The position numbers and the translations under genes are program-made. Below are positions 35,942 to 46,682 of a stretch of 64,000 nt of DNA, piece by piece. This stretch comes from Lepidodermella squamata (taxonomy: Eukaryota > Animalia > Gastrotricha). The first letter of the stretch is position 1. Every line of letters starts with the position of its first letter. Below the pieces are notes generated by a model. The model saw only the letters and a list, made by a program, of their open reading frames with translations. It was not told the origin of the DNA and searched no databases. The stretch lies in the NCBI GenBank assembly GCA_047495785.1, contig JBLDXI010000014.1, positions 372,001-436,000 of the forward strand, in the 5' to 3' direction.

Positions 35942-37166
35942 CTACTTTTTCGTGGCGATGTAATTGCGCCATCCTCCAAACTTGGTTATCTCCAGCATGT
36001 TTTCGCAAAGGACCGGCTCGCCAAGTACACCAAGGACTTCAGTTCCATCGGCCAATTTCATTTTCCCGATACTGAGGCCTGGTGGCTCTTTCAACAAAAT
36101 ATCAGCCAAACCTTCAGCCGGAACCTCCCAAACTTCGACAGCCATTGCAGACCCGCCGTTACTAACTCCGACAGCAGCAGGGTGAACATCTTTGATTGAA
36201 TAAAGACGGTAACATGGCTCGGTTGTAGCTTCGAAGAGAAACCGAGCTCCGACATTCAGAAGGTTAGGATTCAGTTCCAAGCCACGCATCAGTGTGCCGT
36301 TGACGGCTAGCTTTACGGCGCGAGAATCGGAGTTCGCCATGTGCCCTGGGGATGAGCTAAGTTGATGTAAAGCTTTCAGCAAGGAGCCGGAATCCGAAAC
36401 AGACCCAAAAACCCCTCTGAAAAATTTATAGCTGATTCTGATAAGTCAACAATATAATTTATCTCATTCGAGATAATGCAGTAAAGATAGTCCTTATCGG
36501 CTCTGACTCATTACGTACTCACCCTTGCATTTTCACCATCTTTATTGCAGCCAGGTGATTTCCCATATCAGTGGCTCCGCAACAGTCCTCGAGTAGCAAG
36601 CACTCGAAGCCGCGATCATTTGCATCTCGCATTGTCGTGTGAACGCAGACATCCGTCGTAACGCCGCAGATGATCAAGCTCTTTATTCCTCGAGTTCTTA
36701 AAATGAGCTCCAAGTCTGTTGCGTAGAATGAGCCCTTTCCAGGCTTGTCCACAATGATTTCATTGTCGAGAGGTCGCAATTCATCAATGATTTCCCAACC
36801 TCGCTCGCCCCGCACCAAAATTCGCCCAGCCGGGCCGCGGTCGCCAATGCCGGCACCAATCGCCTTACTTCTCAGCAGTTTGTTGCCAGGGCAGTCGGAT
36901 AAATCAGCTCGATGACCTTCGCGCGTGTGAATGATCGTAAATTCTGGTATAGCCCGTAAAGCTGCGAGAATTTTCTGAATAGGTTCAATTGGCTTTCGCA
37001 GGGCGTCGACGTCATAGCCCATCATGTCAACGTAGCCACCTTTGCCACAAAAATCGTGCTGCATATCGATGACAATAAGAGCAGTTTGGCTAGGCTGTAA
37101 TCCATCTTTGATTGGCCATACGTAAGGATCTGCCTCAACTTTGATGTCATTTTTACAGCCAGCCAT
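35942..37166 (-). CDS. biuH: Biuret hydrolase (isochorismatase family) fused to an allophanate-hydrolase C-terminal-like domain; 372 aa, intron 36417-36522
   Basis: [34 protein letters not shown] and [13 protein letters not shown]|GVFGSV match BiuH as recalled. The second domain [45 protein letters not shown] matches the AH C-terminal domain. Confidence 0.88.
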
Positions 37167-37403
37167 TTTCAGGATTTAAGGCTTTATGTTTGCTACCTTG
37201 ATAATTCTAGTATTATTTCACCACAAACAGTAAATTTTTATAACACACATATAACACCTGAAGCCCGTAGCCCTCAATCAGGTTTAAATTTTTTGCGCAT
37301 GGGGGACTTTTTTATTTGCCATTATAATGAAAGTATAGTGATGTGGAAGCAAGAGACCAATTTATGTAGTTCAATGAAAAGCATCTACAAAAACCCAACA
37401 AAA

Positions 37404-39608
37404 TCACAGGTTCAGCTTGAAAATGGTTTTCCAATCGAACGGAGCCGATCTTTTCTCTGTGTAGCGTTTTTTAGGCCCCGTTACACCTGAGGGTGCCGTA
37501 TTCACAGCGTCGTACGGCCTTTCGATTCGAATGTTGTCTGGATTATAAAATGTATAAAAACAATGGATTCAGGCTTAAATTATTACCGGATACTGGAGCG
37601 AAGTTGCACACCTAGTTTTATTGAAAATTGATTAAAATAGGAAACCTGAAGAAAATTGTATTCCTTACAATGATGCTAATGGAATCTCGACAACGTGCTT
37701 TGCCACAGCCAACAAAGCGCGTGTGATCCTGTATCATTTGAACGTAGTTTGAAGCGTTGGATGCGGGATTGTAAAGGCCCCATTTCCAGTTTGTCCTCTC
37801 AGCCGCCCACTTGTCTATGACAGTTCTCGTCGAGACCAGCCCCTTGGTCATATATACTACAAGCAAATGAAATAGCAAAGAGGAAATCCTCCATCAGGCT
37901 ACAAATACTTGTTTGGCCAACGTTTCGCCAAGCCTCGCCTCTTGCGGGCAAACTTCGATCGGAAGAGCGGGAAAGGCCGGTTGGACATGCAGCTGCCCAG
38001 CTATAAATTGCAACTAGTATTATACCCCTCAGTATATATCTTAGCTTCTCGGCATACCGTTCAGCTTCGGCGACAAGATCCGTGTCCCATTGCAATGTTT
38101 GCATTGCCTTAGCAGCCGGTTCAACGTTTTCTGTGACAAAAATATGGTGTTCAGAAGACGATAGAAAACGAGAAACCTACTTCTCCAATAGTTAAGACGT
38201 TCAAGCGCCGAATCTACTGGAACCTTGATCAACTCTTCAAGCTGAGGCGAATCAGGTTGGCAAAGGGAGTGAGACGGCTGAAGACCGTACTTCTTGCACA
38301 ATGCGGGTTGTGAAGTTGACGGCTAGCAACAAGAAACTTTTTACCATCATCAAATCGATCAAAAATGCTGACATACAGCTGGGGCTAAATAGCTTTGCTT
38401 CACTTTTTCTACGAAAGTTGAGGGCGCAATTTTGGTGTCTTTCGCTAGATAAGGCTTGGCATACGGTCCGCTGTTATCTTCCCCGACATTTCCACCAGGT
38501 CCATAGTCACAAACCTGTAAAGAGAGGAAGTCGCGGTTCGGAATGAGGGTGAAATTTGAAAAATTACTATGAATGTTCTCCACTTCCCTTTGCACTTAGC
38601 TTTCGCACACCTAAGCAAAAGGAAGTTATTTACGAGCAACGGAAGAAGCAACTTTAATACCCTACGAAACGCGATTTCGCTGAAATTATTTGTGTGTAGT
38701 GACCGACAACTTTTTCAGGGTTCTCAATGCCGTATCGCCAGTCGAAGCGCTCCGCGGCCCACGAGTCGATTGCATCAATGAACGAAGAGTCATCGCTGAA
38801 CCAATACACTATGAAATGCATCAAATATTAGACTTGTTTTTCGGGTCATTTCAAGCATAATACGGTTTTGCCCGACCCAGTTCCATCCTCGATGTTTAAG
38901 GGCTCTGTTATCGCTTTCGTCATGACCCGTCGCACAAGTTATTGCCCAACCCTCAGCTACCATTGCGAGATCTTCGTCATACTGCATTTTCGGCATATCA
39001 GCAGCGGGAGGATTGACGCTGGCTTTAACAAAAAAATATCTTGGCAATTGGAAAATACCAATCAAAATTTGACGCAAACCTCGCCAATTATTATGAGCTG
39101 TAACGATCGATTGCTTCGTCGACTCGCCTAATGTTTCAAGCGAGACGAAGTTTTGAGATGGTTTCTTGCACATTGAATGCCTCTTGGGTAAATTGTAGAC
39201 TTGGCAAACTCTTTGACGCTCGGAAGCATTGCTGTCATCGTTTTGCCGCTAGTTCAGAAAAAAGGTTCAGTAATGTTTCATTCATGCTTCGTGTACCTTC
39301 TGTTTTGACGAGCCTGAACTCTGACAGATAGGTGGTTCATTCCAGACTCCATTCGGTAGGCAAAACACGCTAGCCTGTGGCTTTTCACTGCTGTCCCCGT
39401 TGCATCGGTAAGAAACTGCATCGACTTGAACTGTCGAGCCATCGGCGAGCTGGTAATCTTGCTTGAAAATTCTAGTTATCTCGCCGCCCTCGACCAAGGG
39501 AACCTCGTCACAGCTTATGACTGATTGCAAAAAACGCGGCTGGAGATTAGCATTTATCTCCACAGTCAACAATAACAGGGCTATTAAAGGCGAACTAAAT
39601 CGAAACAT
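37404..39608 (-). CDS. Secreted Sushi(CCP) + two CAP/SCP domain protein
   Basis: Signal; Sushi (C..YRC..C...G.WNEPPIC); CAP1 (AHNNWR, VGQN, GHYTQII, VCDYGPGGN); degenerate CAP2 (SNYVQMI, VGCG, VCNFAP). Confidence 0.8.
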
Positions 39609-39769
39609 TTTACATCGGCAAAAAAAACTTTATTTTGGCATCAATAAATACCGAATTTAGCTATAAATCATCATTCAGTTCGTTGGAGCAGAAAATAAGT
39701 ATATGAAATTGCAAAATAATGTTAATGTGTATCAAGTTCCATTCGTTGGAATGTAGACGCGACTCAACA

Positions 39770-41150
39770 TCAGCCAGCAACAGCCCTGTACGGGTAGGCG
39801 TATATGCCAGCTGGGTTTATAAGGTTGCCTTCATATAGTGGGCAAATTAATAAATTCAAGCTTCATTAAAGGTCAAGTATTATTCAAACCTCCAGGGCCG
39901 TAGTTACCTACAACGTGGATACAAAAAAACTTGAGCGTGCCCTATATTAAATGGACAATTTTCAACTTACACACAATTGTGACCTTATTGGTAGGCCCGC
40001 AGATTGATTTTCCACACCTGAAAATTTGAAATTATGGATTATAGGATTTTAGGAATGCTACCGCATACCCGACATATTTTGTTACGGATGAGATAATCTG
40101 TGTATAATGCCCGACGTAATTGCTGGGATTTTTGATGCCGTAAAACCAGTCCTTTTTCTCAGACGCCCAAAAGTCGACAACATCACTCATGCTTATTTCA
40201 CTGAAGGTCCGATACATGTTCTGACCGACGTAGTTCCAAGAGTCACCCGTAAGCCGAGCCGGCATGCGGCGATTTTCTACCAAATCACTAAAATTGCTGC
40301 AAGAAGCTGCCCACCTAATAAATGAGTTTCATTTCAGGATAGAAAATCGAACTTGAAAAGTTAGTCCTTAACCTTTCAGCCAACATTTGCAGATCTTTGT
40401 CCCACTTTAGGTCGACCATATCCGAAGAAGGAGGATAAACGGTTCCTAAAATGAATTCGTAATAATGTTTTTGTCAAATTTTGAATCTCACTTCTGTAGT
40501 TGTTGTGGCGCTCCAAAATTTCAGAAATTGACAGACTCTCAAGGGTTCGCAGCTGAAAACTGTCAGCCCTGCATGATGTATGCGGGGACGCGACTCCGAA
40601 CATGCAGCGAGCCTGAGAGTAAGGAATTAGGATCTATATGCTAAGCAAACGAGAAAATACTAACCCCGTAGCGAACAGTCGTCATATCGTCCAAAGGAGG
40701 AGACGAAGAGGCTGTTCTACGTGTAGCCAGGGACGAGGCCATAATCAGCTGTAAGACAGTTGTTGTCCGCCTCTGTTGATCGCGGTTGCGAGTTGAGGTA
40801 TAGCATTCTTAAAGAATTTTGTAAAGTTCGTAAATCAATTCAATTTCTATATTAATAAATTTACTAGGACTTTGGCTCCAAAATAGCCGGCCTGGCGTGC
40901 ACTCGATGGTTTTGTTGCCAATCAGCACTCCCCTTAGGCATGTATAGCTAGCTTGGTAAACGACTTGTCCATTTTCGCTCATCGTTGCCAGCAAGCTCGA
41001 CGGATAGCCGTTGGTGATAGGCGGCACCGCGCCGCAGTTTGGCTCCAGAGTGATTCGGTTAGCCAACCGCCAGGCTTCTTGGCTAGCTCCATCTCCGGAC
41101 ACCGCCGCAAGTTGAAGCAGGGTTAATACAGTTACGTAATTCATAGCCAT
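39770..41150 (-). CDS. Secreted Sushi + CAP domain protein
   Basis: Signal MAMNYVTVLTLLQLAAVSG; CGAVPPITNG..YTC..IEC..WS; HNNYR, VGQN, GHYTQII, NYGPGGN. Confidence 0.8.
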
Positions 41151-41645
41151 TGTCTGAGGTGCTACGTTGTAACCTCTTCTGTCAATTACCAAAATATATA
41201 GTTGACTGCCGGCAGCTGTTAATTGCTTTCATGATATTCGTGATAACTATAGTTAACCCCCACTAAGATTTTTTGCAAGAAGCTAGCAAGAAAGTAGTGA
41301 TGAGGTGATAGCGTTAACTGACCACATCAACATTTTCAAGAATAAAATCTAATTTAACCTCAGTGTAGAGTTTTATCAAAAATCAAGGAGCATTTTCAGA
41401 TGGCGCAAAATGAGAATATTTGGAAAATTAATTCATATGTTTTTTGGCATTTGAGAACCACAGAGTCAAGAAGGCCTATTAACATCACCAACAAGAGTTA
41501 GGTGCACTGTAATGGTTTAACCGAGGATTACGCTCGTAAATTATTTCATTAATATTGTGATTAAAATAAATCCAATGAATGCCAAGGTCTGAGCTCACCA
41601 GAATCTTACCTATTTTATTACAAAATATATGCATTTTTCAGTGTA

Positions 41646-43085
41646 TCAATCATTTCGTGAATGTTCTTCTCGCCTATTGCCTCTTTCCGAAATATAAGGA
41701 TAAGCGTAAATTCCACCGTCTGCGTTACCTGGAAGAAACGAAGAAATAATCAGCATCGAAATTTGTATAGAACTATAAAACAAACCTCCCGGTCCATAAT
41801 TACCTAAGCAGATTGAAAAAGAATTGGTTTACGGATTTAGAGCTTTTCGGGAAAAACTTACATACTACCATCACCCTGCCGAAGCTGCACCTCGATTTTC
41901 CACAGCTATGACAGATTTCAAACCTTGATTGCCAATGGAACGGTCAATATACTTACCCGACATAGCCAGAGTTTGAAGAAATTATTTGAGTATACTGCCC
42001 GACTAAGCCAATCGGGTTCTTAACGCCATAATACCAATACTGCCTCTGAGCAGCCCATTCATCGATTGCTTTCTCCATTGTTATAGGCCCCTGACTCCAA
42101 TAGATGTTCTGGCCGACGTAGTACCAAGCATCGCCCTGCGGCCGACTTGGAACGCGCCGATTTTCGATCGTGTCTTGATGAACACCACACGTGGCCGCCC
42201 ATCTTGAAACTCGAGTTAATGTTTTCATAATCATAAAGTTGGAGCCAACCTTTCCGCGAGAATTTGCAAATCAGAATCCCACTGAAGGTCGTTCATATCA
42301 ATAGCTCTTGGAATAACAGTCTCTTCAAATAAAATGTGTCTTTTATCGGCATTGAGTTAAAAAAGAGAGGCTAACTTCGATAGTAATTATGCCGATTCAA
42401 AACTTCGGAGATGGATATATTTTCCAGAGCCTTCAGCTGCGGGCTGTCTTGCAAGCACGATGTGTGTGGAAAAGTCATGCTGTAGATACATCTCGGCTAT
42501 AAAAAAAACTTCTTAATATCTGTATGAATTTATTATTTCCTTACTCCTCTACGAGCAATTGTCATGTCGCCGTTAGTAGTAGGCAGGGTATTTGTTGGCG
42601 GCATGGTTGTAGTAGGAGGCTTCGTAGTTGCGGTCGTTGTTGGGGTTAATGTAGTTCTCAGCGTTATTGTGTTAATTTTGATGCGTGGGGTCGTCGATAT
42701 TCTAGTAGTGGTCATCGTCGTTTTTCTTAGACCTGATGGTGGCCTCAACGCTTGAATCGTCGTTTTTCCCAGTTTACGACTACACCCTAGGAACACGAGA
42801 CAAAATTTATTCAGGTGACCGAGTTCAATGTTGGCAATAACTTGGCGCCGTGCTCCAGAATAACCACTGTGGCCTGCATTCGACAGTAGCGTTGCCAATC
42901 AGAGTTCCGTTCAGGCAAGCAAAAGTTGCCACGTAAGTGGTTTCGCCCTTCGGCGACATAGTAGCAACCACGCTTTTCGAGTAGCCATTTCGCACGACTG
43001 GAACAGGGCCGCAATTTGTGATCAGGTTGATCGCTGGACTGCCTAGCACTGAATCAGTAACAAGAAATAGCAGTAAAGTCCACAT
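41646..43085 (-). CDS. Secreted Sushi + Thr-rich linker + CAP domain protein
   Basis: Signal MWTLLLFLV; CGPVPVVRNG..FAC..VEC..WS; Thr-rich linker; HNYYR, VGQN, GQYTQII, NYGPGGN. Confidence 0.8.
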
Positions 43086-43755
43086 TGTTTGTTTTCAACT
43101 TTCTGAGAGTATTCCTTCATTAACTTCGTTATTAATATTTGGCATCATTATAACGCCATTAATGTTAACCACGTTTTACGCTATACCTAAAGCTTTCCTG
43201 ATGCAGAGAGCTGATAGGACGATTAATGTGAATAGCCACAAGTCATGCGTGTCATCGCTTAATTTTTTGCCAATGTCACTATGGCATTAATCGTGAGCAG
43301 GTCATTTATTACCTTCAGGATAATTAATGTTTGGAATTGCTATGGAGTATTCATGGTTCATTGTTGTTTTCGCTGCTAAGCCACTAAACGTAGGGCGATA
43401 GCATAAAATAAAAAATTCCATTCTGATTTCAATAATTAATCAAATTATCAGTATTGGAAATTGCACGTCTGAATTTATAAATAATTCGCAGCAGTAATGT
43501 TCGAGAAATTTGCGTTCGATACCGAAAAAATTGAAGCTGAAAGCGCGTGGAAATGTCCACTGAGACGAAGCTCGATCAAGGTTTCCATTTACGTAAAGCT
43601 ATTCGGAAAGTCTCATGGCACTCTCAAAATTAAATGTCAGACATTGGTATTTCAGTCGCGCATCGTGATAAGTGAAAATTGGCTTTGGTTTTTTTCAATT
43701 TTGACCTGGCGTGGTTGAAATGCCCCAATTTTGAAAATTCCGTACTAACTCAACC

Positions 43756-46426
43756 ATGCGGCTGTCGATTTATGGAGTTATTACGAAAGATCTTGGCGCA
43801 GAGTATGAGAAGAGACGTCTCGGCCAAGTTGGCATCCTCAGCTACCTGAGCACATTTTTCTTAGAAACCAGCTTTCAAGGGCTACCACAGATAATCAAAC
43901 AGCACGGTGTTCTTAAGAAATTTCTATGGTTCATAGGCGTTTTGCTGTGCGCTCTCGGCCTCTACTGGCAAGTGAACGGTTTTGTGACGGATCTTTACGA
44001 ATGGGAAGCAAAAACATTGATCAAAGACAAAGTGGCGCTTCAACTACCCTTCCCCGCCATCACGCTGTGCAACAACGACCCGACGTGGATGACATCGTCC
44101 GCTAGCACCACGTCAACAGCATCGAAACGAAAAAAACGAGCCGCTCCCATGTTTGGTGCAGGTGGTGGGCCTCCAACTACTCCGAGCTTCATGAAATCTA
44201 TGAGCGTCACGTTTCGGCAAAGCAATGTTTCATCAATGACCCTGCCATTTAGCGGCACAGCACCAGCAGGTACACCACCGACCTTGCAGCAAACGAAGAG
44301 CTCCAGCGGAGGTGGACCGGATCAACGGGCGCCACCTACTCTCTTCGTCGAGGTGTCCATGGACAATGCGTTGTCGTTGCGAGAACAGATTTCGGATATC
44401 AATTACGATCAAAGACAGGGCCAGGGTCATCAGCTATGTGACATGGTTCTCGGTTGTCGCTACAACGGCAAATCTTGCAACATTGACACGTAATAATACT
44501 TATAATTTTTCCTTGATTGTAAAAAAAATTCATTCTTTTGCAGTGACTTCTCAGTTTGGCATTGGAATGCAGTTTATGGCAATTGTTACACTTTCAACAG
44601 GTATTTTTAAATTATTTTCTCGTTTTTATCAAGAAATACTGTTAATTTTTGTAGTGGATACGCAACATCGCAGAAAAAATCAACCAGTGGAATTTTATGG
44701 GACCTGAAACGTGGTGATAATAATGATGGAATAAAGTGAGGCCGCCAAATAAATTAGATTTCAGCTTTAATAACGCTTTCCTATAAGGATGACTTACAAA
44801 CAAGGCGACGAGAATGGGCTGTACCTGCTGCTGAGCTCAGATGTTGAACGGTATCCTACTACAACAAAGGGAATTGGCTGGCGAATCGTCATCCACAACC
44901 AAACTCAGATGCCGTTTCCCGAGGATGGCGGTATTTTCGTCACGCCCGGCTTTTCGACACGAATAGCTCTGACAATGTCGAGCTCACAGCGTCTTGGTGT
45001 AGTTGACAACGTGCTGTACTCCTCAAAGTACAGCGATTGCTTGAGCCAGCAGAATTACGATCGAAACAACCCGCGCAATTCATTTACCGAATTAATGGAG
45101 GTTGATTATAGCCCAGCCGCTTGCTATAAAACGTGCTACCAAGTAGCAGTTATGGGCGAATGCAAGGTAAAGATCGCAATAAGTCGGTCAATTTTAAATG
45201 AACTCGTTTTTCAGTGCTACGACCCTGATTATCCCCACACTGGCCGGGCTTTCTCCGACGTAGACCCAAACGGTAAACTGCCGCAGTGCTCCTATTCCAA
45301 TGCTACATACTGTAAGCAATTTGTCTATGATTAATAATTGTTAGATTAATAATTAGAGCAATCAAATCAGGGTCATGTAAAGAGAACGTGTATCACGATT
45401 ATTCGGAGCAGCGTATCAATTGTTCGTGCCCCGTCAGCTGCAGGTAAAAACTGTTTTTTCTTGAACCTCATTGGCATTTTTTTGTTTTGAAGCGCGGTTA
45501 CATACAACTATGAAGTTTCTAGCATGATATGGCCTGGTTACAAATCAGGGGTAGGTTAAGGACGTATTGTTTCGTGAAATTTGATGCAAAATTTTCTTTT
45601 AGCCCTCCGTATGCAGTAGCATTAAAGAGATTTTGGCGACTCGCCGAAACGGAACAGATGAAACGTGCCGAAATATGTCCTACGTGGCGATGGACTTGAG
45701 TGCGGGCTCGGGGATGACTGAATCTGACCACATGATGACTGAACTAGCGGCTTGTGCCGCCTATGCCTCGGAGTCAACGTCATCAGCCAGCTACCACAAG
45801 AATGCTGAGGAAGCTGTTTCGACGGCGACGAAGAGCAGATTCGGCGAGGTCTACATTTATTACCGTGATTTTACACACCGCAGTTTGGTCGAAACCGAAA
45901 GCTACACTGTTCGTAAGATTCGCGTCCCTTCGACGTAAATAACTGTGTTGCTTTTCCTAGTTTTCCGAACTACTCGGATGGTTTGGGGGGATTTTAGGTA
46001 AGTAAACAAAATATTAGGTATGGCAAGTAAATAATCCAACTTCGAATTTATACATAGGGCTATTTTTCGGCATCTCAATGATGACTCTGTTCGAATATAT
46101 TCAACTGATACTGGATCTAGTTGGGATAGGTCTGGCGAGGCTGTTCTGCCGTAGTGGATCGTCAAAGACTCGCACCCTTTCAATATCACCGTCCAATGAT
46201 GATTCATTGCCGCCGTACTCGACAGCCGTGTCTCGCCGACTTTCCCTGAAAGACCGAACGGGTTCTCCGTTGTCGCAGTATACCTATTACGGTAAAACTG
46301 TCGCACTTGCTATTAAAAATGGAATTTTAACGAATTTCGGAATTTTTAGGGTCGAAAAAAGGTTCCCAACTGGCGCCCTTTGGACCTGTCCTAGTTGACA
46401 AAGCTGCATTCTATCCTCGCACCTGA
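43756..46426 (+). CDS. DEG/ENaC (ASIC-family) channel subunit, multi-exon
   Basis: TM1 then FPAITLCN, GNCYTFN, GLYLLL, HNQ..PFP, CYKTCYQ, CSCPVSC, TM2 GGILGLFFGISMMTLFEY. Confidence 0.92.
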
Positions 46427-46682
46427 ATTTTAATGAAAAATATGAGGATAATTTTGAAAGACTTCTCAGTTATTTCTGGCAAACTGTGTGATTTTCATTC
46501 CTATTCCTGATATTCCTGATGGTTCATTTTAATTTAGGATATCCTCATTGTGAAGTGTTGTTGGTTCCCTACAAATTTGTGATCACCAAATAAAGTTTGA
46601 AAAATTGATATGGAATTGAACGAGAGCTTTATTATAAGAACATCTCAGCCTCAGATTCTGCTTCGCTCATGCTTCGAAAATT

